From: a virus
Reading direction: 5' to 3' (one strand)
Length of the DNA stretch: 64,000 nucleotides
IMG/VR virus record: IMGVR_UViG_3300044712_000991
Coordinates: 64,001-128,000 of that record
In this document: piece after piece, positions 57,013 through 63,959 of the stretch
How the letters are laid out: every line of letters begins with the position of its first letter
Numbering within the stretch: position 1 is the first letter of the stretch
Notes under the pieces: generated by a model
What the model saw: the letters and a program-made list of their open reading frames with translations, nothing else
Databases searched by the model: none
Told to the model about the DNA's origin: nothing
Translations under genes and position numbers: made by a program

Positions 57013-57237
57013 CTACGGCTTCCCGCCGTTGGTGTTCTCGGGATGCGCCGCGTGGCGCTCTTCATACTGATCCCGAGCGAGAATCTCGCGCCGCACGGCG
57101 GCATCCGTGCTGTCCACGCTCCGTTGATACTCGGAGGCCGACCGCACGGTCTTCTGCGTTGTGCATCCGCTCGTGAGTACGCCTACGGTCACCATAAGCA
57201 GAAGCACAGTGAGTGTCGAAAACTTATGAGTTCGCAT
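57013..57237 (-). CDS. Small lipoprotein
   Basis: Lipobox LTSGC; start re-called at 57237. Confidence 0.65.
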   Translation of the reverse strand: MRTHKFSTLTVLLLMVTVGVLTSGCTTQKTVRSASEYQRSVDSTDAAVRREILARDQYEERHAAHPENTNGGKP

Positions 57238-57264
57238 ACTAGCCTTTCGTTGGGTACCACACAT

Positions 57265-57366
57265 CTACAACGCGTTGCCTATCAAGGAGAACACAGCCAC
57301 CACTATCGCATCCCACACGAGGAACAACCCTATCCACGTCAGCCTCTCCCGCGAGTCCTCTAGCAT
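57265..57366 (-). CDS. 33-aa single-TM protein
   Basis: AAGGAGG RBS after a promoter; MLEDSRERLTWIGLFLVWDAIVVAVFSLIGNAL (not in the ORF track). Confidence 0.55.
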   Translation of the reverse strand: MLEDSRERLTWIGLFLVWDAIVVAVFSLIGNAL

Positions 57367-57390
57367 GGCGACCTCCTTGTGCTTGTATGG

Positions 57391-57419
57391 AATATACCAC
57401 ATCCTGTGGTGAAAGTCAA
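57391..57419 (-). promoter_or_regulatory. Early sigma70-type promoter
   Basis: TTGACT-17 bp-TATATT. Confidence 0.8.
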
Positions 57420-57453
57420 GTCCCCTTGAAAATAAAGTTGCCCCCGCGCAGGT

Positions 57454-57705
57454 CTAGAGCGAGGCGTGGACTGCCTCCTGAATATCGACCGTACTGTGAG
57501 AGCATGTGGTATCCAAGCGATGCCGAAGCCTTTCTAGGACAAGGTCGCTCTCATGCTCCTGCGCCTCATCGCGTTCCCATTCCATGAGCTTCGCCAGGAC
57601 TTCCTCTTCCCACGAAGCCAACTGTCGTTTGATCTCCTTCTGTCCTTCCCGACGAAGGTGTTTACTGTTCTGTCGCGCACGAATACGGTTGGACACTTCC
57701 TGCAT
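57454..57705 (-). CDS. Hypothetical coiled-coil protein
   Basis: RBS and ATG; charged helical sequence. Confidence 0.45.
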   Translation of the reverse strand: MQEVSNRIRARQNSKHLRREGQKEIKRQLASWEEEVLAKLMEWERDEAQEHESDLVLERLRHRLDTTCSHSTVDIQEAVHASL

Positions 57706-57728
57706 AGACCTGTTCTCCGTGATAATGA

Positions 57729-57962
57729 TTAGTCAACTAGTAGAATATCGACTACCGTGGGATGGAAAGAACCCCACTCCAGCGTGAACACTCTGAGCGC
57801 CTCTTCCTTGTTGTTTGCGAGAAAGAAGGCATCCCCGTGCACTAGTCTTCCCGAGCGTTTGGATGTGTACGCAAAGCGCACACGCCACGATCCGAACTCC
57901 GACTCACGCATGGGGGTTGTCATTTTTGGGTGCCGTGTTGTTGGGTTCGAAGTTGCGCCCAT
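57729..57962 (-). CDS. Hypothetical protein (start uncertain)
   Basis: ORF-track call overlapping the upstream gene. Confidence 0.35.
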   Translation of the reverse strand: MGATSNPTTRHPKMTTPMRESEFGSWRVRFAYTSKRSGRLVHGDAFFLANNKEEALRVFTLEWGSFHPTVVDILLVD

Positions 57963-58167
57963 CCGTACAGTACTCCACGAGGGCGTTTGCCACGAGTTCC
58001 GCCTGTTGGCGGGTCATTACCACGCGTTCCGCGATCTCATCCTTGCCTGTGACCGAGCGAAGTTCCACGAGGTCGAGTCCATCGGCATCGGGTGCGACTT
58101 CGAGGTATTCACCACTCGCATCATCGTAGATGCGGATGTGTCGTTCGATTGAGTACTGCTGTGCCAT
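57904..58167 (-). CDS. Hypothetical protein
   Basis: AAAGGAG RBS after a promoter. Confidence 0.55.
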   Translation of the reverse strand: MAQQYSIERHIRIYDDASGEYLEVAPDADGLDLVELRSVTGKDEIAERVVMTRQQAELVANALVEYCTDGRNFEPNNTAPKNDNPHA

Positions 58168-58193
58168 AGAGAACTCTCCTTTGTGTAGGACTC

Positions 58194-58222
58194 AATATAC
58201 ACAACAAGAGGTCAAAAGTCAA
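58194..58222 (-). promoter_or_regulatory. Early sigma70-type promoter
   Basis: TTGACT-17 bp-TATATT. Confidence 0.8.
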
Positions 58223-58264
58223 GTCTATCTGTCCGAAAAAAGTGCTATATCTCGGACAAATACC

Positions 58265-58858
58265 TTAGACTTCCACGCGCTCGTAGACCTTCTTCATCAC
58301 ACCCATCCCCTCAAGATTCTGACAAATCTTGAGGATATCCCCAGGGTGTACGGCGTTCTGATCATACCCCTGGATGTTGATGGCCGCCACGACGATAGGA
58401 GAATCCGTGGTGAGAAGCATGCCCACAAACTCGACCTCCGAACAAATCTCGTTGTCGGGGAAGAAGTTTTTGTGTGCCCAGCGTGCGGGGAGGTGCAAGC
58501 CCGTGACCATCCAGCGCCACATGAACCAGAACAACTGTGCCCACCCGTAGGTGTTCCCCACATACTTGTGGTAGACTGACCACATAGCTTTCTCAGCGTT
58601 CCGTGCGTGCTTGAGCCAACGGTAGACCATCACGTCGTAGTGTGGGTTGGCGGCAGTCCTCTCCCACGGAGTGACGCTCACTGTGAGGTTGGCCTCGAAG
58701 ATTGTCTGCTCACCGTTCTGCTGATTGAAGAACCCGAGAGCGCAGTGGGACCATGGGCTACCAGTGAAGAACCGAATAGCCTTGGACAGGAAATTACCAT
58801 CCCTGTTGTTCACGAAGATGACATCCCCGGGGTTGATAACAAACGTCGTTTTCTGCAT
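58265..58858 (-). CDS. Permuted papain-like NlpC/P60 (YiiX/YaeF-type) amidase
   Basis: PGDVIFV, AIRFFTGSPWSHCAL, EICSE and VHPGDI (His before Cys); start re-called at 58858. Confidence 0.75.
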   Translation of the reverse strand: MQKTTFVINPGDVIFVNNRDGNFLSKAIRFFTGSPWSHCALGFFNQQNGEQTIFEANLTVSVTPWERTAANPHYDVMVYRWLKHARNAEKAMWSVYHKYVGNTYGWAQLFWFMWRWMVTGLHLPARWAHKNFFPDNEICSEVEFVGMLLTTDSPIVVAAINIQGYDQNAVHPGDILKICQNLEGMGVMKKVYERVEV

Positions 58859-58892
58859 TGGGGTTCTCCTTGACAGATGGAAGTACTGTGGA

Positions 58893-58967
58893 TGGCACAT
58901 CCACCTCGATTCGAACGAGGAAAACAGGATTTGGAGTCCTGCGGTTTACCGTTGAGCCTATGGATGC
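58893..58967 (-). tRNA. tRNA-Trp(CCA)
   Basis: Anticodon arm CAGGA-CTCCAAA-TCCTG; T-loop TTCGAAT; CCA encoded; G1.U72 wobble. Confidence 0.9.
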
Positions 58968-58979
58968 GAGTACATAAAG

Positions 58980-59053
58980 TTGCGGGGACGAGATTTGAAC
59001 TCGCGACCTCCTGGCTATGAACCAGGCGGGATACCAGACTTCCCCACCCCGCG
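58980..59053 (-). tRNA. tRNA-Met(CAU), initiator-like
   Basis: CGCGGGG acceptor with a C1:A72 mismatch; anticodon arm CCTGG-TTCATAG-CCAGG; CCA not encoded. Confidence 0.9.
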
Positions 59054-59059
59054 ATTGAA

Positions 59060-59335
59060 CTACAAGTCTTGAGGCTGTTGCCCAAGCCATTCGACGTACA
59101 GCATCACCGGCCAGAAGACCCAGCTCACACCGAACACGAGTGCCGCATGCTGGAAGGAAGGATCATCTTCACGCCCCCTGATGACCGCCCCGATAGTCCA
59201 GGAGACCCCGAACGCGAAGTACGTCATGAACGGGAGGAAGAAGTACAGCACGAGCAGAATGCCGAGTATCCAGAGGATGTCCTTCAGCGTGAGTGGCACG
59301 CCGAGGAAGTCCGTGATGCGCGAGAAGATGGACAT
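59060..59335 (-). CDS. Small membrane protein
   Basis: Three hydrophobic segments; AAAGGA RBS; start at 59335. Confidence 0.55.
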   Translation of the reverse strand: MSIFSRITDFLGVPLTLKDILWILGILLVLYFFLPFMTYFAFGVSWTIGAVIRGREDDPSFQHAALVFGVSWVFWPVMLYVEWLGQQPQDL

Positions 59336-59355
59336 GGTGTTTCCTTTCCGAAATG

Positions 59356-59815
59356 TGGTGGACATGCCGGGAGTCGAACCCGGTTCTACCAAGTACCACG
59401 TACAGAGTCTTTCACAGGTTTGGTCGGTTTACCACGCATCCTGAGGCAAGGACTCCGACAAACCTCCGTCCTCGGATGTTGCGTTCCCACAGCACAATCC
59501 CCAGGGAACGCCATGGGGTACAACACGTACCGCGATCGATCGGCTTTTGTTATCGTGAGGCAAGAGCATTTGCTGTGTCCGTCCGGGTGGAAACGGTCTT
59601 GCGACCTCGGTGCCTACTCTTGAGCCGACTACCCCACACCCTAGTGGCTGTTAGGCCAGTTCGAGTTCACCCGCGCCGACCAACGCCAGAGCGTCGTCGA
59701 AGGTGAAGGCAGAGATTTGTTCTGCGTTTGTTTTTTGAACCCTGATTTACGTGGTGTGTTCACCCACGACCTGCACCCTGGACATAACACTCAGTATCGA
59801 GGCCAAGTCATGCCC
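59356..59815 (-). ncRNA. ssrA: tmRNA (460 nt); tag ORF 59725-59651 encodes AEQISAFTFDDALALVGAGELELA*
   Basis: Acceptor GGGCATG/CATGTCC-ACCA with G3.U70; T-arm CCGGGTTCGACTCCCGG; pk1-like CGTGG..CCACGTAAA; GCA resume codon. Confidence 0.92.
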
Positions 59816-59922
59816 ATATGTGGCTGTCTTCCTATTCGAACGACCGAGGCTCCCAAGGTGTCACAGCCACATGGCTCACTAGGGAGTCGTTTGGTGACTT
59901 TTAGGGCTACCCCAACCAAAAT

Positions 59923-60135
59923 CTAACCTTTTTGCGTGGTCTTTATAGTCTCCTCCTGTAGTCGTTTGTTGAATGAGCACTGGTCGCACACAACCCTCTG
60001 AGATGCACCGAACGCCGCGTGATCTGTCACGAGTTTCACATGCCCACACTCCAGTTCCACATTGACGTGGTTGAGGTCTGTCTCACCGAACTTTGAGACC
60101 ACGCGCACGATCTTGCGTATCACCCTGCGTTTCAT
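59923..60135 (-). CDS. Small Zn-binding protein
   Basis: LECGH...VCDQC. Confidence 0.5.
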   Translation of the reverse strand: MKRRVIRKIVRVVSKFGETDLNHVNVELECGHVKLVTDHAAFGASQRVVCDQCSFNKRLQEETIKTTQKG

Positions 60136-60536
60136 GCGCGGGAGGCCTTTCGCTCAGCCTTGTACTTCCGGCAGCAGTCCGCCGAGCAGAAGGCGTTCGA
60201 GTGCGAATGCTCGTGCCCACAGCGTACGCACTTCTTGGGTGCCACACCTTGGCTGGGATTGCCCATCAAGCGCGTGGTCAACGGGAACTGTGCCCCCACC
60301 CCCATCGCCATCGCTAGGAGCATCCCGATCGCTCCCGCACCCCTGCTCCGCCTGCCCATCATGTACGGATCGGGCGGGAGCGGTGGAGGCGGAGGTGGCA
60401 TGGCAACCACAAGACTGTCATCGGCTGCCTTGGAGAGACCGTAGGGGATACCATCCTCATCCACAACGAGCACCTTCTTCGACTTCTCTGCCCCGAGTAG
60501 TTCATCCTTCTTGGCGGACATCATACGCTGGGTCAT
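60132..60536 (-). CDS. Hypothetical protein with a Pro tract and C-terminal Cys cluster
   Basis: PPPPPPLPP; CVRC...FCSADCC. Confidence 0.5.
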   Translation of the reverse strand: MTQRMMSAKKDELLGAEKSKKVLVVDEDGIPYGLSKAADDSLVVAMPPPPPPLPPDPYMMGRRSRGAGAIGMLLAMAMGVGAQFPLTTRLMGNPSQGVAPKKCVRCGHEHSHSNAFCSADCCRKYKAERKASRA

Positions 60537-60823
60537 CCTTTCTTCTTATACCGCGCTGTGAGTTTGTAGACCGTGGTGGGGAACGCCCCCGCCCCGACAT
60601 CCTGTTCGATGATACCATCCTGGAACATGTTGAACACAACATTCGTGCGCACCGTCTTCGTCTCTCCGCCCTGCCCCGCACCATCCTTCTGGAGCCACGC
60701 GTACCTACTCGCGGATCGCATGCGGGAGGCCGTGCAAAGTGCCCACCCGAGGTTCATCATGTCCACCACCGCTTGCTGTGCTTTGGTCATCCTACTAGTC
60801 TCCCATCTCGTTCGGCTGTCCAA
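60533..60823 (-). CDS. Hypothetical small protein
   Basis: Coupled ORF. Confidence 0.45.
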   Translation of the reverse strand: MDSRTRWETSRMTKAQQAVVDMMNLGWALCTASRMRSASRYAWLQKDGAGQGGETKTVRTNVVFNMFQDGIIEQDVGAGAFPTTVYKLTARYKKKG

Positions 60824-61332
60824 TCTAACATAGCCTGGGAAAGTGTGGGATGCTTCCGGCAGAACAGGCGACTCCGAGGTTCTCGCTTGTGGAGCGCTAT
60901 CCGAAGGCGTGCTCCACGCACCCCACTGATCTCCACACGAATGCCCTTCTCGTGCGCGAGGAACACCATGCGGGTGAGAAGCGAGTCATCGTACGTTGCG
61001 GGCGCTCCCTGGATAACGATCGCCCACCCGAAGCCGTACGGCTGTAGCCCACACTTCTTGCCTCGGGGGATATGATGCTCTCCTCTGAAGATAATCGAGA
61101 AGAACAGCGTGGCTTCCATTTCGGACATCCTTGGAGCCTCCCGAGCGAGGTCGCGCTTGCGCTGCTCAGCGATCAACCGCGCCCGTTCCACGAGTTGCAT
61201 CGTACCCTCCATGGGAGTCCCATGGAAGCGCACACCCTCCGCGTTCAGTTCCTGGAAGGCTTCCTCCCAGTACGGGCTCTCCTTGAGCTCCGCCTTGAGC
61301 TCCTCGTGGGTCATATCGTGCAGGGCTTTCAC
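60787..61332 (-). CDS. Hypothetical protein
   Basis: GAGG RBS; GTG start. Confidence 0.55.
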   Translation of the reverse strand: MKALHDMTHEELKAELKESPYWEEAFQELNAEGVRFHGTPMEGTMQLVERARLIAEQRKRDLAREAPRMSEMEATLFFSIIFRGEHHIPRGKKCGLQPYGFGWAIVIQGAPATYDDSLLTRMVFLAHEKGIRVEISGVRGARLRIALHKREPRSRLFCRKHPTLSQAMLDWTAERDGRLVG

Positions 61333-61676
61333 GGTCGCCTCTCAAAGTACCGCGATATCCGTGAGGTCATGTTGTTCCATTGGCGAGCGATCGATGGCGT
61401 GATGGTGACAAGAGCCAGTAACCCCTTCACTCCGATCAGGATGTCCCGCAGTTCCTTCACATGTCGCTGTTCCTCCGCAAGCTGGCACACGGCGCACACA
61501 TGGGTGCCCTCAAACCCGCAGGAGTTCGTCCCACGCTCACCCGTGGTATGGCAGTCGAGCCAGTAGTCTGTCGCAGCCTTAGCCGCTAATTCTTGCACAC
61601 GCTTCTTGAGCGCCTCGTTCTCTTCCTCAATATCTTGCGGTTTGATCTGTGTACGTACGCGCTTCATGTTAGGCAT
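61329..61676 (-). CDS. Hypothetical coiled-coil/Zn protein
   Basis: Start re-called at MPNMKR; CHTT..C...CAVC. Confidence 0.5.
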   Translation of the reverse strand: MPNMKRVRTQIKPQDIEEENEALKKRVQELAAKAATDYWLDCHTTGERGTNSCGFEGTHVCAVCQLAEEQRHVKELRDILIGVKGLLALVTITPSIARQWNNMTSRISRYFERRP

Positions 61677-61739
61677 ATCGTGCCCTCTTGATGAACTCGT
61701 TAAGTTCCTTGTCATCGTGGGTCATGTCGTGCAGGGCTG

Positions 61740-62315
61740 TCATCGGGGGTTCCTCCGACGATGTTCAAGAATCGACTGTATCTCTCGTTCGGCGGCTTCC
61801 CGCATATCCTGTGGGCGCGTATCATCCATCGGGGGTGCTGCGTAGCCGTAGATGTATTTTTTGAGATGCGCCTCAATCTGTTGATACACCCCCGTGGATG
61901 TCCCATACTGGTGGATGATCTTCAACAAGTGTCGCGCCGCGGCCGCTTCTTCTCTTGCGCCATCCCGCTCGTTCATGAAGCGCTCGTCGTTCTCGGACTT
62001 GGCGCGTTTGTACGCATCGCGCTCGTGGGCAAGCTTCTCCGCCTGTGCAAACAGGCGAGCCGCCCGCTCCTCCACGGCTTTCAACTGATCGATGTGGTCG
62101 TTCAGTTGCTCGCCCAGGACCTTCTCACGGTCGTACGCGGCATCCATCTCCGCCGCGAGTTCGAGCATCGCCAGTTCGGCCGGTACATACTGGAGCATCA
62201 CGGGGTTCGGCTCGCTCACGAGCTCTTCCCACTCGCCGTACCGCACTTCGCCCTCGGGTGCAAAGAGCAGGGCAGGATCGACTAGGATAACCTGTGGGGG
62301 TTCACGCTTTGACAT
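61740..62315 (-). CDS. Hypothetical coiled-coil protein
   Basis: GGAG RBS; contains AYKRAKSENDERFMNERD. Confidence 0.55.
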   Translation of the reverse strand: MSKREPPQVILVDPALLFAPEGEVRYGEWEELVSEPNPVMLQYVPAELAMLELAAEMDAAYDREKVLGEQLNDHIDQLKAVEERAARLFAQAEKLAHERDAYKRAKSENDERFMNERDGAREEAAAARHLLKIIHQYGTSTGVYQQIEAHLKKYIYGYAAPPMDDTRPQDMREAAEREIQSILEHRRRNPR

Positions 62316-62493
62316 CGGTCTGCTCCTCCTGTTGGAATGGTAATGCTATGGTCACCATGACCACATGAACTTCTCGTTTGCCAATGAGATACCCCTCTTC
62401 TTCAACAGACACAGAGTTCTGTACGTTGTTCTGTATAGCAGAGCGTTTGAGCCTCTCCGCAAACGCAAGCGCTTCTCGTTTGCTTGCCATCAC
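62302..62493 (-). CDS. Hypothetical protein
   Basis: Coupled ORF. Confidence 0.4.
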   Translation of the reverse strand: MMASKREALAFAERLKRSAIQNNVQNSVSVEEEGYLIGKREVHVVMVTIALPFQQEEQTDVKA

Positions 62494-62711
62494 CCTTCCT
62501 TCTTCACGGGCTTCACGTTCACGTACGGGATGCGCACGGTCACCACGAGCATACCCACACCACCCTCGGTCGTAGGCTTCTGATCCACAACCTCCACCGT
62601 GGGGTCGCGCTCAACCAAGCCCACCGACGCTCGCTGAGCAGTCATCCGCAAGCGCAGGGCGAGGCTCTTGGCACTGATGAGATTCCTGATGTTGGTCGTC
62701 TGCGAGGTCAT
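62490..62711 (-). CDS. Hypothetical protein
   Basis: Coupled ORF. Confidence 0.4.
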   Translation of the reverse strand: MTSQTTNIRNLISAKSLALRLRMTAQRASVGLVERDPTVEVVDQKPTTEGGVGMLVVTVRIPYVNVKPVKKEG

Positions 62712-63043
62712 TGTTTTGCCTTTTCCCTTTCTAGTCTTTGTACTTCACGGCGTATGATGTTCCCCAATAAGTTGACCGTGCGAATGAAGGTCATGTATCC
62801 GCTCTCTACGTGGTGTGCGGGATGCTCACCCGACTCCAGGTGCTCCCGGACTTTGATCATCCACTTCCGGAGGCGTAGGCTGTCCACATGCGTCCTGCGC
62901 AGGGTCCTCAGTTGCTCCTCGGTGTACAGAAGAAGTGCCTGGGTCGCCGCGAGGTTCCGAGCGTAGATGACGTTCTGGTCACGCTCCATGGCGAGTGCGG
63001 TCTCAAGTTCTGCTATGATCTGGTCATCGGTCATGGTTGCCAT
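62708..63043 (-). CDS. Hypothetical coiled-coil protein
   Basis: AGGAGG RBS after a promoter; start re-called at 63043. Confidence 0.55.
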   Translation of the reverse strand: MATMTDDQIIAELETALAMERDQNVIYARNLAATQALLLYTEEQLRTLRRTHVDSLRLRKWMIKVREHLESGEHPAHHVESGYMTFIRTVNLLGNIIRREVQRLEREKAKQ

Positions 63044-63056
63044 TTGATGTCCTCCT

Positions 63057-63085
63057 AATATACAACACTCGGGGCTGAAAGTCAA
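63057..63085 (-). promoter_or_regulatory. Early sigma70-type promoter
   Basis: TTGACT-17 bp-TATATT. Confidence 0.8.
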
Positions 63086-63243
63086 GTCCTTGTTGAGTAC
63101 CACACGCGAATTTTTGCCCACACTGTCTGACAACCAAGCATGAACAGCCCCATAATCAACGCTGTCACCAACACCAGGATAACTGGCAGCGGGAGACAGA
63201 GAATGACCATGAATGCGAAAAAGGATGAGAATGATTTGTCCAC
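63082..63243 (-). CDS. Small membrane protein
   Basis: AAGGAGG RBS and GTG at 63243; hydrophobic sequence. Confidence 0.5.
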   Translation of the reverse strand: MDKSFSSFFAFMVILCLPLPVILVLVTALIMGLFMLGCQTVWAKIRVWYSTRT

Positions 63244-63267
63244 GATTGACCTCCTTGGTCTGTCTGT

Positions 63268-63296
63268 AATATACAACAGCCAGATATGAAAGTCAA
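63268..63296 (-). promoter_or_regulatory. Early sigma70-type promoter
   Basis: TTGACT-17 bp-TATATT. Confidence 0.8.
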
Positions 63297-63323
63297 GTGA
63301 AAAATGAAGAATCTTTGGAGGGG

Positions 63324-63396
63324 AGCCACCGGAGGGACTTGAACCCCCGACCCGCGCATTACAGGTGCGCCGCTCTACCAACTGAGCTACAGTGGC
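63324..63396 (-). tRNA. tRNA-Thr(UGU)
   Basis: Cloverleaf; anticodon arm GCGCA-CCTGTAA-TGCGC (C33); CCA not encoded. Confidence 0.9.
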
Positions 63397-63402
63397 TAGA
63401 AT

Positions 63403-63566
63403 CACAAGAGGCACCGGTGGTGGAACAGTCCAATAAAGGGGTAGATGGTACTTGAAACCATCGTCGTGTTACTGGCTTGCGCCCTGCTCCTCGGTTTTTG
63501 CCGAGGACTCCTCGGAGCCCGTATGCACTACACGCATCCACCGTTCGTGGCTACCGGCCTCTTGTG
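63403..63566 (-). ncRNA. Candidate 164-nt structured ncRNA
   Basis: 10-bp closing stem CACAAGAGGC/GCCTCTTGTG, further stacked helices, a GCAA tetraloop and a T-loop-like hairpin. Confidence 0.6.
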
Positions 63567-63583
63567 CTTGAAATACACCCAGG

Positions 63584-63757
63584 GCTGTGGCGGGATTTCA
63601 CTCGCAACTCCACACCCTGCCTAGCCATTCGGCCACCTCCCTTCGTACGACCGGGAGCGGGGGATTCGAACCCACCATACTAAGTGTGTCTGTTATCTTT
63701 GTTCCGCTCCTCATCTCGTACCCGAATGGTACGCGAGGTTACGTCTAACCCCACAGC
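63584..63757 (-). ncRNA. Candidate 174-nt ncRNA with a circularly permuted tRNA-like (YrlA-type) domain at 63611-63688
   Basis: Order T-arm, loop-capped acceptor stem, D-arm, closed by CACACTT/GGGTGTG; outer stem GCTGTGG/CCACAGC. Confidence 0.65.
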
Positions 63758-63760
63758 ATG

Positions 63761-63837
63761 TGGTCGGAGCGACACGACTTGAACGTGCGGCCACTCGCTC
63801 CCAAAGCGAGTGCTCTACCGGGCTGAGCTACGCTCCG
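63761..63837 (-). tRNA. tRNA-Pro(UGG)
   Basis: CGGAGCG acceptor; anticodon arm CTCGC-TTTGGGA-GCGAG; CCA encoded. Confidence 0.95.
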
Positions 63838-63845
63838 AATACACT

Positions 63846-63959
63846 TTACCACGTTGTCCACATGTGTCGCAACAACTCTATCAGTTTACCAAAACAGTAA
63901 GCAGTCGCAAGAACGATTGCAATCTGCACCCACGGAGACAACTGCATCATGTGATCCAT
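63846..63959 (-). CDS. 37-aa membrane peptide
   Basis: MDHMMQLSPWVQIAIVLATAYCFGKLIELLRHMWTTW with a GAAGGGG RBS (not in the ORF track). Confidence 0.45.
   Translation of the reverse strand: MDHMMQLSPWVQIAIVLATAYCFGKLIELLRHMWTTW

Noticed and set aside
63403-63566. RNase P RNA or SRP RNA identity
   Set aside because: It has only GAGGAGTCC rather than GAGGAAAGTCC, no 3' P4 partner was seen, and the SRP domain IV CAGG/GGAA/AGCAG arrangement is incomplete.
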